From: an uncultured bacterium
Lineage (GTDB): Bacteria; J088
DNA: 42,360 nt
Direction of reading: 5' to 3'
Assembly (NCBI GenBank): GCA_964617795.1
Contig: CAZUAB010000001.1
Span: 1-42,360 of the forward strand
The position numbers and the translations under genes are program-made. Numbering within the stretch: the stretch's first letter is position 1; each line of letters begins with the position of its first letter. Below the pieces are notes generated by a model, which saw only the letters and a list, made by a program, of their open reading frames with translations, searched no databases and was not told where the DNA came from. Positions 17,420-26,083 of the stretch are shown piece by piece.

Positions 17420-18322
17420 ATGGAATACGCACTTCGCCGCGCCGAGATCCTGCACGAGGCACTGCCCTATATCCAGCGCTTTGCGGGCAAAACCATTGTC
17501 ATCAAATACGGCGGCCACGCCATGGTCGACCCCAAGCTCAAGGAAAGCTTCGCGCGGGACGTTGTCCTGCTCAAGTCGATCGGCATCAATCCGGTCATTG
17601 TGCACGGCGGTGGTCCGCAAATCGACGAGCTCCTTAACCGCCTCAACATCCCGGCGCGCTTTGTGCGCGGCATTCGCGTCACCGATGACGCGACGATGGA
17701 TGTGGTCGAGATGGTCTTGGTCGGCAAAGTAAACAAAGAGATCGTCAACCTGATCCAGCAGGTGGGTGGGCGCTGCGTCGGCTTGTCCGGCAAGGACGGC
17801 GGCCTGATTACCGCGCAACGGGTCGGGGCGCCGCCGCAGGCGGATGGCCCGGTTCCGCCGGAAATCGTCGATCCCGGCAAGGTCGGCGAGATCGAGGCTA
17901 TCGATGCAACGGTCATTGATGCGCTAGAGGCGGCCGGATATATTGCCGTGATCGCGCCGGTTGGACGCAGCGCTACCGGCGAAACACTCAATATCAACGC
18001 CGACCTTGTGGCTGGCCGGATTGCTGGCGCTCTTCAGGCCGAAAAGCTAATCCTGCTTACCGATGTGCCGGGCGTCAAGATCCGCGATCGTTGGGTGCAG
18101 GCCATGGATATCTCGTCGATTGCCGCCGAAATCGCGAGCGGCGAAATCAAGGGGGGTATGATTCCCAAGCTGGAGTGTGCGCGCGACGCTTTGGTCGAAG
18201 GCGTAGCCGGCGTCCACATTCTGGACGGTCGGCAGCCGCACGTGGTCTTGCTTGAGCTATTCACGGATGAAGGGGTCGGCACGATGGTGCGGACCGACGG
18301 CGGTCTCGATTTTCGGGATTAG
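17420..18322 (+). CDS. argB: Acetylglutamate kinase
   Basis: [70 protein letters not shown]. Full-length ArgB pattern. Confidence 0.95.
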   Translation: MEYALRRAEILHEALPYIQRFAGKTIVIKYGGHAMVDPKLKESFARDVVLLKSIGINPVIVHGGGPQIDELLNRLNIPARFVRGIRVTDDATMDVVEMVLVGKVNKEIVNLIQQVGGRCVGLSGKDGGLITAQRVGAPPQADGPVPPEIVDPGKVGEIEAIDATVIDALEAAGYIAVIAPVGRSATGETLNINADLVAGRIAGALQAEKLILLTDVPGVKIRDRWVQAMDISSIAAEIASGEIKGGMIPKLECARDALVEGVAGVHILDGRQPHVVLLELFTDEGVGTMVRTDGGLDFRD

Positions 18323-18349
18323 GCCGCTGCGGCAGCGGCGCGGCGGCCG

Positions 18350-18736
18350 TCAGCCCTGCAGCTTCTGCTCAAGAGCAGCCAAGAGCTCAAACAGTTCCTT
18401 TTGGCGAAACGGCTTCTTGATGTACGCATTGGCGCCCTTTTTCAGGGCGTTGATGACGCTTTCTTCTTCGCCTTCCGTCGTGATCATCACCACCGGGATC
18501 TTGCCGGCTGGCTCCGGTTCACGTCGCAGGGCCTCGAGAAACGTGATGCCGTCCATCAGCGGCATGTTGATATCAAGCAGAATCAACTCGATATCCTTGC
18601 GTTCTTTGACCTTCTTGAGCGCCTCGATGCCGTTGCGCGCTGTCATCAATTCAACGTCCGGCTGCCGCCGAAACGTGAGTTGGTGCAGGTTGAGAACGAT
18701 GTCACTGTCGTCGACGGCCAAGATTTTTTGAAACAC
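18350..18736 (-). CDS. Single-domain CheY-like response regulator
   Basis: ORF 18350..18895 trimmed to the GTG encoding VFQKILAVDDSD, with GGAAGGGA upstream. Receiver residues are present: DD, LILLDINMPLMDG (phospho-acceptor Asp), MITTEG, YIKKPF. Confidence 0.88.
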   Translation of the reverse strand: MFQKILAVDDSDIVLNLHQLTFRRQPDVELMTARNGIEALKKVKERKDIELILLDINMPLMDGITFLEALRREPEPAGKIPVVMITTEGEEESVINALKKGANAYIKKPFRQKELFELLAALEQKLQG

Positions 18737-18773
18737 GGATCGGATCCCTTCCCGAAAACGCCCGTCGGACCGG

Positions 18774-19382
18774 TCAGCGCCGCAGTCGGATCGTTCCGCC
18801 CTGCAGGCTGCGGGTACTACCGTCGGCAAGAAAGATCTCGGCTGAAAACGTGCCATCAATACGGGTATCCGACCAGCGCTCAAGTACCAGCTCACCGGCG
18901 GTGACCGCGGTGATGTTGTTGGCGGAAGACGTTGTCGACTCGCCGTAGAAAAGCGAAGCCTCAGCGGCGGACTGTGGAGGCCCCAACTGCAATGTCAGCG
19001 TAGCCGGCGGAGTCGCTGCGCCAAGCAACGACAAGGTCAAAGAGACTTGCCGTGAACCATCGGCGCTAAGGCCGGGCGCAAACAACCCACGCGTAATCAA
19101 GGTTTCGTTGACGACGACGTTGCCCTCGGGGACAACAAGCGGCTCCGCAACACCAGGAACAACGACCTGTACGCCGTAACTGGCGACAACGCCTTCGCCG
19201 CCGCCACCGTCCGTCGTATCGGTGGCCGTGCCGCTGCCGCCCAAACGGCTCACCCAAGCCGGAGCTTCGAATTGCGACACTTGCTCAGCCGGGGCATCTT
19301 CGGCGCCACAGGCGCCGAGCGAGAGGCCGATCAACGCGAAGAGCGCCAGACTTTTGGTGCGGGATATCCACATGCTGCCCAT
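18774..19382 (-). CDS. Hypothetical lipoprotein
   Basis: ORF 18774..19550 trimmed to MGSMWISRTKSLALFALIGLSLGAC (lipobox). It ends 37 nt upstream of the CheY gene on the same strand. Confidence 0.6.
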   Translation of the reverse strand: MGSMWISRTKSLALFALIGLSLGACGAEDAPAEQVSQFEAPAWVSRLGGSGTATDTTDGGGGEGVVASYGVQVVVPGVAEPLVVPEGNVVVNETLITRGLFAPGLSADGSRQVSLTLSLLGAATPPATLTLQLGPPQSAAEASLFYGESTTSSANNITAVTAGELVLERWSDTRIDGTFSAEIFLADGSTRSLQGGTIRLRR

Positions 19383-19402
19383 GCTACCATACCGCTGTGC
19401 GG

Positions 19403-20005
19403 ATGACGAGACGCACGCCTTCGCGCTATGATGACCGCGTGAAAGCCGAAGAACTGAAAGATTTGGAAGAAGGACTCGAGCGGTTACGCGCGGCGTACGA
19501 GCAGTACTTTTTGGGTATCGAGAAGCGTCCGCCAACCGACACCCATACAAAGCTCGCCCGTGCGATCCGCATCGGCGCCGAGGGATTTACGCCGAATGCC
19601 GGGCTGCGATTTCGTGTTCAGGGTCTCAAGGCGCGCCTGATTTCCTTCGAGCAATACTGGAGTCGCACACTACGCGAAATCGAAAGCGGCACGTACAGGC
19701 GGCAGCGTTTCCAGCAAGCGCTCAAGGCCAAGGCCGCCGCAGAGGCCGCTGAGCAACCTCCGAAGTCCCGGGCGACAGCCCACGTGGATCTGGACGGAGA
19801 CGATCGGCCGTTTGGCGCCGTCATCGACGAATACAGGCGGCTGCAACGCGAGACCGGTCAGTCCCAGATCGACCCCGCCAAGCTGGCCGAAACGCTACGC
19901 AAACAAGAGATGCAGCTTCGTGAGAAGCTTGGTGTGCGGGCGGTGGAATTCCGCGTCGTCGTCGAGGACGGAAAACCCAAGCTCAAGGCCAAGCCGGTCA
20001 AGTAG
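19403..20005 (+). CDS. Hypothetical coiled-coil protein (possibly MXAN_5187-like)
   Basis: ORF 19397..20005, first ATG at 19403. The motif LRAAYEQYFLGIEKRPP and the Lys-rich C-terminus resemble my recollection of a myxobacterial conserved family. This recollection is unverified. Confidence 0.55.
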   Translation: MTRRTPSRYDDRVKAEELKDLEEGLERLRAAYEQYFLGIEKRPPTDTHTKLARAIRIGAEGFTPNAGLRFRVQGLKARLISFEQYWSRTLREIESGTYRRQRFQQALKAKAAAEAAEQPPKSRATAHVDLDGDDRPFGAVIDEYRRLQRETGQSQIDPAKLAETLRKQEMQLREKLGVRAVEFRVVVEDGKPKLKAKPVK

Positions 20006-20026
20006 CAAACGGCTAGCGGCGGTGCC

Positions 20027-22552
20027 CTACGGCAAAAACCGGGCGGGAATCTCGACGACGGCGACACCCGAGTTTATGTCGTAGCGGGTCGAGGGCCGCA
20101 TCGCGCGGTTTTCTACGTAGATAAAATAGAGCAACGTCTTGCCATCCGTGCGTGCCAGAGTCGGCTCACCGACACCAAAGATCCCGCCGACTGCAAAATC
20201 GCCGCTGGCCAGCAAGACCTCTTCGGGACCCCAGGCCCCACTTTGATCGTAATCGTCGTGCCCGGAGCCCAGATAGGCGTGGGCGACGATCGACACCTCG
20301 CGGTTGACCAGCAAATGACTGCCGCTGAAAAACGGCTGCGATTCTGCGGCCGCCGTGTTGACCGTCGCCGGCAACGACACCGGCGCCCACACACCGTCGG
20401 GAAAGGCCCCAGCCGTCAGCCGGTAGGCGGTAATGTCGTGCGAGACCTGCTCATCATCCGTCCAGATTGAGCGAATCGCGCCCCCACCGTCGGCATACAG
20501 GTGCGGATTGCCCTGCACGCCGACATGTGTGGTGAAGGCAACCGGGGCCACGCTCGGTGAAATCGCGTCAAACATCTGGCCCGCATAGGTGACCGTGCCA
20601 AAGCTGTTCGTTACCCCCATGGTGACGACCCCATGATAGATGTCGGGCTTGTCGTCGCCCTGATCGTCGTAGTAGTTGTCCCAGGCGAACACGACCGTGG
20701 CCTCGGTCGCATTCTGCATCTGAAAACTGACCCCAAACGGCCCCATCGTACCGCGGGGATCGTCAAAGGCGGCCTTGAATGGCTCGCTGAACGAGCCATC
20801 GGGCTGTCGCTTGAAGCCATAGAAAACTGTCGGGAAGCGAGCGATGCCGCTGGCCACGGTGGGAATCGTAATGCCGATATGGGCCAGCTCGCCACCGACG
20901 ATACCGCCGGTCGGGAAATCGGGGCGAAGCGGCGAGTCGTAGGGTCCGATCGTTTGGAACACCATGTCGCTGTCGGCCTTGCCATCGCAGGTGCTCAAGT
21001 TGTACAACGACCAACCGGCCTCAGCGCAGATGTCTGAAACCAAGAAGATGCCGCTGAAATAGAGTGGACCATATTGAATGAACAGGTAGTTGCCGTCCGG
21101 GGTGATGGCGGCGCCGTCTTCGTAGCCCTCGGTGTTGACCAAGCCGGGGACGAGTACGGCCTGGCCGACGCCGTCGGCCACCGTTGGCAGCACGAGCGCA
21201 GAGCGTGTGATGACCGCGTCTTCGACACTCACTGTAACCGGATAGACGCCGGTCCCGGTCGGCGACACCGCGAACGAATAGCGGCCATCAGCGTGATCGA
21301 CAACCGACGCAGCGACGCCACGGGACAGCTCGACCGTCAAGGTTTTGCCGGGTGTGGGAATCCCCCCGTGCGTCAGCATCGCCGTGACCGTAAACCCATC
21401 GGGCCCGCTCAGCGGGATGCGGTCGAAGCTGAGGGCCAGTCTGTACCACTGGCCGCCCTCACCGGCAACGACGATTCGCCCGCCCGCCGCCGGTACCGTG
21501 TAGAGCCTGGCGGTGTCGACGAGGGCCGCCGTGTTGCCGACCTGCCAGACCATCTCGCAGACCTCTCCGGGGTCCGGCGCAGTGGCATTCCAGATGCGGG
21601 TCGAGACCCAACGCGTGCCGACAAGGTTCTGCATGCCGCTGCTCAAGCTACCGCAGGTCGAACTCGGCGCCTCGAATACGTCAGCAGCATCCGTCGTCCC
21701 CAACTCCGTCTCGACAGTCACCTGGAACGGCAGGCGGGCCAGATCGAGCGCGCAGGAGTCGGCGCTGCCGAAACGATCGTAGACGCAGGAAGACAGGCCG
21801 TCCGAGACGACCATTGTCGCAATCACCGGCCGCGGAATAAACCGCCCGTTCACATCGACGGCGCCGGTTGCTGCGTCCGGTGCAATGGTCAGGATATCGA
21901 CGCCAAGCATATCGCTGAGCCCACCAGCCGTCACGGACACGGTTAGGCGACAACGGCCAACGGCGCTGTTGGCCCACGTGGTCTGCCGCGCTCTTTGATC
22001 GGCGAAATGACCGCTGGTGCAGTTGTCGCTCCACAACCAATCGAGTGCGTCGCCATCGGGATCGATCGCGGTGGCGGCGAGTGTCACCGGTTGGCCCTGC
22101 TCCACCGTGAGTGACGAAACAACCAGTGCCGTGATGACCGGCGCATGATCCGGCTGGTCAAGCGGTACAGTCGCGTCCGTGATCGTCAAGTACACAGCGG
22201 TCGTCTGATCTTCGACCACCACAACATCATCGGCGCGCCCGGAGCCAACAACGGCCGTGGCGGCATAGGCGGTGGCCAGCAGGCTGTATGTCCCAGGGGC
22301 GGCCGTGAGATCAGCAGAAAAACTACCGTCGGCGGGGCCAGCCGTCAGATCGGCCATCGCGCCGGTGGGTAGAAGCGTGACGTGGATCGCCGTGATGGTG
22401 GTGACGCCCGCCAGCGGACGAACCACGATGGCCACCGTACCGGCTCTGGGTGGTGTGGACAGTGACGGCGCCAGCGGCGGCGCCTCCCTCGGACAGGCGG
22501 CGAGCAACAGGCCGAGCAGCGCGGGTACAGACACGTCTCTCAAGCGCGACAT
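20027..22552 (-). CDS. Large (841 aa) lipoprotein with Ig-like domains and a C-terminal beta-propeller-like region
   Basis: ORF 20027..22600 trimmed to MSRLRDVSVPALLGLLLAAC, with GGAGG 7 nt upstream. Ig-like segments (VTLAATAIDPDGDALDWLW). The C-terminal part has PD40/TolB-like strands (AITPDGNYLFIQ, ARTDGKTLLYFIY). Confidence 0.75.
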   Translation of the reverse strand: MSRLRDVSVPALLGLLLAACPREAPPLAPSLSTPPRAGTVAIVVRPLAGVTTITAIHVTLLPTGAMADLTAGPADGSFSADLTAAPGTYSLLATAYAATAVVGSGRADDVVVVEDQTTAVYLTITDATVPLDQPDHAPVITALVVSSLTVEQGQPVTLAATAIDPDGDALDWLWSDNCTSGHFADQRARQTTWANSAVGRCRLTVSVTAGGLSDMLGVDILTIAPDAATGAVDVNGRFIPRPVIATMVVSDGLSSCVYDRFGSADSCALDLARLPFQVTVETELGTTDAADVFEAPSSTCGSLSSGMQNLVGTRWVSTRIWNATAPDPGEVCEMVWQVGNTAALVDTARLYTVPAAGGRIVVAGEGGQWYRLALSFDRIPLSGPDGFTVTAMLTHGGIPTPGKTLTVELSRGVAASVVDHADGRYSFAVSPTGTGVYPVTVSVEDAVITRSALVLPTVADGVGQAVLVPGLVNTEGYEDGAAITPDGNYLFIQYGPLYFSGIFLVSDICAEAGWSLYNLSTCDGKADSDMVFQTIGPYDSPLRPDFPTGGIVGGELAHIGITIPTVASGIARFPTVFYGFKRQPDGSFSEPFKAAFDDPRGTMGPFGVSFQMQNATEATVVFAWDNYYDDQGDDKPDIYHGVVTMGVTNSFGTVTYAGQMFDAISPSVAPVAFTTHVGVQGNPHLYADGGGAIRSIWTDDEQVSHDITAYRLTAGAFPDGVWAPVSLPATVNTAAAESQPFFSGSHLLVNREVSIVAHAYLGSGHDDYDQSGAWGPEEVLLASGDFAVGGIFGVGEPTLARTDGKTLLYFIYVENRAMRPSTRYDINSGVAVVEIPARFLP

Positions 22553-22620
22553 AGTAAGGCCCTCCGCCACCATTGAACTCGATCCCAGCGCTGGAATCAA
22601 GACTGGGTGAACGCGGGTTG

Positions 22621-23199
22621 TCAGTGTTGCGGCGATACGATCTCCGGCTGGGAGCCAGCGGCCTCGGCAATCTTGGCGGCCACCGCGTCATGTAAAAAAG
22701 GCACAAAGCCGAGCGGATCGCGGATTTTGCGGGGCAATGCCAGGGCAGTCGCCAAACAAATGACAGGGCGCCCAGCGACCACCAGATGCAATTCCCGCCG
22801 CGCGAACAGCGATCGTTGCGACGGTCGCTGCAGCGGGCGCCCGCCGCCAAGAAGCGCCACGTCCTTCCACGCGACGAAGTCCGTCTCGATGTGAACGCCG
22901 GTACGCGCCACGTCCTTCCACGCGACGAAGTCCGTCTCGATGTGAACGCCGGTACGCGCCAGACGAACCGACGAATAACGTTGGACTGCAATCCCCCAGA
23001 GGACGACCGGTGAGAAGGTTAACGCCAGCATGCCGATTTTCAGCCAGGGCGGCGCAAAGCGCATAAGAAACGCGACCGGCAGCGCGATCGCAAAAGTCGC
23101 ATAGACAGCCTCGAAGCGCAGAGTGGCGAGCTCAAGGCCTTGTTCGTCAATGATCTTGACGAGATCTTCTGGTGAGTTGATATTGTCACCCTGGTTCAC
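22621..23199 (-). CDS. Membrane protein with two TM helices and a PH-like (bPH/YcxB-like) domain, carrying a 17-aa tandem duplication
   Basis: ORF 22621..23244 trimmed to the GTG at 23199, preceded by GGAGG plus 6 nt. TM helices FAIALPVAFLMRF and IGMLALTFSPVVLWGIAV, then ARTGVHIETDFVAWKDV twice. Confidence 0.6.
   Translation of the reverse strand: MNQGDNINSPEDLVKIIDEQGLELATLRFEAVYATFAIALPVAFLMRFAPPWLKIGMLALTFSPVVLWGIAVQRYSSVRLARTGVHIETDFVAWKDVARTGVHIETDFVAWKDVALLGGGRPLQRPSQRSLFARRELHLVVAGRPVICLATALALPRKIRDPLGFVPFLHDAVAAKIAEAAGSQPEIVSPQH
22854..22961. repeat. Perfect 51-bp tandem duplication (about 2.1 copies), in frame within the CDS
   Basis: Read directly: gtccttccacgcgacgaagtccgtctcgatgtgaacgccggtacgcgccac occurs twice back to back with no mismatch. 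It is also visible as duplicated peptides in three ORF-track frames. Confidence 0.95.
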
Positions 23200-23244
23200 G
23201 CCCAACCTCCGTCCGCATCGAAGCCCGCCACACCGTGGCGCCAC

Positions 23245-24702
23245 CTAACCCCAGCGCACAAAAACCTCTCGGGTCATAGCCATTGCCGCGAATTCAGGGC
23301 CTTCGCGTGCCTCCCCGGCAGCGCCGATGCCACCGTATGGTTGCTGATCGAGGCGGCGCGTCGGCAGCTCACCAATCAGCACACCGCCGAAATCGAGACC
23401 AGCAATGGCACGGCGGGCGAATGCCAGATCGCTCGTCAGCACACCAACGTGGATTCGCTGCGGGCTGGCGTTGGCCAATGCAATGGCCTCCTCACGTGTG
23501 CCCCATGTTTCGACGGTGGCAATCGGCCCAAAGATCTCTGCGGTTCGTAGGCGGGCGGTACTCGGTACATCGGCCACAAACGTCGGCTGAAAAACACGGT
23601 CTCCGGGCCGTCCTCCACAAAGTACGCGCGCACCGCCCGCGACCGCCTCGGCTAGCCATTCAGACCAACGTGTCAGCTCTTGCGGACGAATCGGTGGCCC
23701 GACGATGGTCGCCGGATCGGACGGATCGCCGCATGCCAAGTCATTGGCGGCCGCCGCCAATGCTTCCTCCCAGCGGCGGGCTTGGGCGGTGGGGACAAGA
23801 ACGCGCTGCACGGCAATGCAGCTTTGACCGGAAAACCCACAGGAGGCTTCGGCAATTCGGGGCGCCCATTCGGCCGGATCGGCGTCTTCATCAACAATAA
23901 CCGGACTCTGCGAGCCGAGCTCAAGTTCGACGCGCCGATCCCACGCCGCCTCACGAATCGCCCGACCGACAGCCGCCGAACCGGTAAAACTGACCAGCGC
24001 CACGTGCGGATGCACGATGAGCGACCGTGCGGCGGATCCATCCTGATCAGCCAGAACTTGGACAAAATCATCGGGCATGCCGCAGCGCCGCAGCAGGTCG
24101 AGTAGCCGCAGGGCAAGCAGTACGCCCTGCGGGGCGGGCTTTGCAACCACCGGACAGCCGGCGGCAATCGCTGGACCCACCTTGTGCAAAAGCAGGTTCA
24201 GCGGGAAGTTGAAGGGGGTGACCGCCGCGACAACACCGATTGGCCGGCGTTCGATCCAGGCGCGAACCGCCTCGTGTCCCGTTGTTGCCGCAGCCGCGAC
24301 GCCGCTCGGGGCGGCCACGGCGCGGGCAGCATAGGCTGACCAACGTAGCGTTTCGACGGCGCGCTGCACCTCGGCCTCGGCATAGCGTATCGGCTTGCCG
24401 ACCTCCACAGCAATGGCGGCGGCGAACAGGCTGGACTCGGCGTGCAGGCATCCGGCAGCGGTTTCCAGGCAGGTGATTCGCTCTGCGGTCGGCCAGGTCC
24501 CCAACCTCGTGGCGGCCCGTTGACAAGCAGTGTCGATCGCCCGCGAGCCAGCTATCGTAACGCGTCCGAGTGAGCGCCCATCCCACGGTGCGCAAACAGC
24601 GAAGTCCGTCACGCCGGGCGTACCGGCCGACGAGCGCGAAGTCGGCGCCTTGCGGTTTGTCATACCCTTCAGCCTACCAAGCCTCGATGCAGCATGCGAC
24701 AC
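23245..24702 (-). CDS. NAD(P)-dependent aldehyde dehydrogenase family protein
   Basis: FNFPLNLLLHKVGPAIAAGCPVVAKP, catalytic Glu in VELELGSQSP and Cys in SGQSCIAVQR. GTG at 24702 has GAGAGG upstream. An alternative ATG lies at 24663. Confidence 0.88.
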   Translation of the reverse strand: MSHAASRLGRLKGMTNRKAPTSRSSAGTPGVTDFAVCAPWDGRSLGRVTIAGSRAIDTACQRAATRLGTWPTAERITCLETAAGCLHAESSLFAAAIAVEVGKPIRYAEAEVQRAVETLRWSAYAARAVAAPSGVAAAATTGHEAVRAWIERRPIGVVAAVTPFNFPLNLLLHKVGPAIAAGCPVVAKPAPQGVLLALRLLDLLRRCGMPDDFVQVLADQDGSAARSLIVHPHVALVSFTGSAAVGRAIREAAWDRRVELELGSQSPVIVDEDADPAEWAPRIAEASCGFSGQSCIAVQRVLVPTAQARRWEEALAAAANDLACGDPSDPATIVGPPIRPQELTRWSEWLAEAVAGGARVLCGGRPGDRVFQPTFVADVPSTARLRTAEIFGPIATVETWGTREEAIALANASPQRIHVGVLTSDLAFARRAIAGLDFGGVLIGELPTRRLDQQPYGGIGAAGEAREGPEFAAMAMTREVFVRWG

Positions 24703-24755
24703 GCGACCTCTCGTGTCCAGTTGTGATTGCCGCCCCCAACCGTTAGCATAGATGG

Positions 24756-25337
24756 ATGGGTGATCCGCAGGCCGAATTCGTCGTTTCCGCTTGGGTCGTG
24801 GCGGTACTTATCTTTTTCGGCGGTGTCGCGTATATCGCCCTTGATACGGTACGGATTTTATTCATCCAACGCGGCTACCGGTTGGCCGCTCCCGTGCTTG
24901 GTTTTCTGGAAGTTATCGTTTTTTTGCTGGCCGTCAGTCAAGTGCTGTCCGGCCCCCTGTCCTGGGTCCGCATCGTCGCGTATGCAGCAGGATTCGGTGT
25001 CGGCACTTGGGTCGGCATTTGGATCGAGCAGCGCCTGGCGATGGGACACGTCTTGGCGCGTGTGGTCACGCAAGCCGATGCCGAGGCCCTCGTCAATGAG
25101 CTACGTAAGCGCCGCTATGGCATTACAACCGTCGCCGCCCAAGGGCTCGAAGGCGACGTGCGCATTCTGTTTTCGGTGCTGGCCCGCCGATCGATGGAAG
25201 ACTTCCTGGCCGATGTGCGACGCCACAACCCGGGCGCCTTCGTCACCTTCGAAGACGTCCGCGCTGTCAGTGCCGGCTGGTTGCCCCCGGGGGGCCGTGG
25301 GCTGACCATGCGCTGGCGCCCCCGTCCGGGCCCCTGA
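24756..25337 (+). CDS. DUF2179 / UPF0316 (DUF5698) membrane protein
   Basis: Three N-terminal TM segments, then the soluble DUF2179-like region RRYGITTVAAQGLEGDVRILFSVLARR. Confidence 0.75.
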   Translation: MGDPQAEFVVSAWVVAVLIFFGGVAYIALDTVRILFIQRGYRLAAPVLGFLEVIVFLLAVSQVLSGPLSWVRIVAYAAGFGVGTWVGIWIEQRLAMGHVLARVVTQADAEALVNELRKRRYGITTVAAQGLEGDVRILFSVLARRSMEDFLADVRRHNPGAFVTFEDVRAVSAGWLPPGGRGLTMRWRPRPGP

Positions 25338-25340
25338 ACC

Positions 25341-25357
25341 CACGCGTTGAGCGCGTG
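25341..25357 (+). terminator. Short hairpin just after the DUF2179 stop
   Basis: CACGCG-ttgag-CGCGTG, 6 bp, no U-tract. Confidence 0.2.
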
Positions 25358-25532
25358 ATCCCAGCCTGCATATTCGGGCTGCGAAACACTCCCCTGTGGA
25401 TTCACTGTGGAAAGATCCGACAATGGCGTGGGTCGACCCCGCCCCCGCGCCATCAGCCAGCCAAGCCGAAGCGGCAAACCCTTATGTTATGGGCTTCTTC
25501 AGCCACTGCTTAGTTCTGCGGCAATTCGCTTG

Positions 25533-25556
25533 AAGGCCCGTGCGTAGGGCCTTTTG
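25533..25556 (+). terminator. Intrinsic-terminator-like hairpin with T-run, plus-strand orientation
   Basis: AAGGCCC-gtgcgta-GGGCCTT followed by TTgtcacttt. On the minus strand no T-run follows it. It lies about 200 nt beyond the nearest plus-strand CDS. Confidence 0.35.
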
Positions 25557-25673
25557 TCACTTTAGGCCGGAGGTTTTCCACCGATTTTCCGCAGCTGCTT
25601 GGGGACAGCCGGATGCATCGACCTCACCGCACCTTGGCAGTACGGACACAACCTACTGACGCGACGATCATAT

Positions 25674-26069
25674 TCAATCGTCGGTCGAATCCGGTGGTGG
25701 GTAAACGCCGTCTGCATCATGCACTTCACGGCCGGTTAAGGCTGGCGTAAACACGCAAATGCACCGCAGATCTTCGATGGCCCGCAACAAATGTCGTTCG
25801 TGGCCATTGAGCGCATACATGGTTCCGGGCGTCACCGCGATGGTACGTCCCTCATCAAGTAGTTCAAGCTCACCATGGCCTTCGATGCAATAGACGGCCT
25901 CAAGGTGGTGACGATACCAGATCAGTGTCTCACTGCCGGCGTGCAAGACCGTATCGTGGAGCGAAAACCCCATACCGTCGTCGGCCAAAAGCAAGCGACG
26001 GCTGTGAAACGTCTCGGCCCGGACATCACGCGGCCCGCCGACGAGTTGCGAAAGCTCTCGTACGATCAT
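25674..26069 (-). CDS. ectC: L-ectoine synthase
   Basis: 131-aa cupin. MIVRELSQLVGGPRDV...GMGFSLHDTVLHAGSETLIWYRHHLEAVYCIEGHGELE matches the EctC pattern. Confidence 0.93.
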   Translation of the reverse strand: MIVRELSQLVGGPRDVRAETFHSRRLLLADDGMGFSLHDTVLHAGSETLIWYRHHLEAVYCIEGHGELELLDEGRTIAVTPGTMYALNGHERHLLRAIEDLRCICVFTPALTGREVHDADGVYPPPDSTDD

Positions 26070-26083
26070 CGAATATCGCTCCT

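Noticed and set aside
18720-18841. Apparent 1-nt discrepancies between my character-by-character reading of the printed sequence and the ORF-track translations, at about 18720/18721, 18840/18841 and 42300/42301. Taken literally they would imply frameshifts in the CheY, lipoprotein and BASS genes.
   Set aside because: The ORF track was computed from the same window and reads through these points in frame. The discrepancies fall exactly at printed line boundaries, so I treat them as my own counting errors rather than biology. As a consequence, hand-derived coordinates of non-CDS features may be off by 1-2 nt.
22854-22961. Whether the 51-bp repeat could be a mini CRISPR array or a mobile-element end.
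   Set aside because: The copies are directly adjacent with no spacer. They are in frame within a CDS, and no cas, transposase or inverted-repeat partner is present.
25683-25692. tRNA T-loop-like string ggtcgaatcc.
   Set aside because: It is inside the ectC coding frame, lacks the full GGTTCGAATCC consensus, and no acceptor or anticodon stems can be drawn around it.
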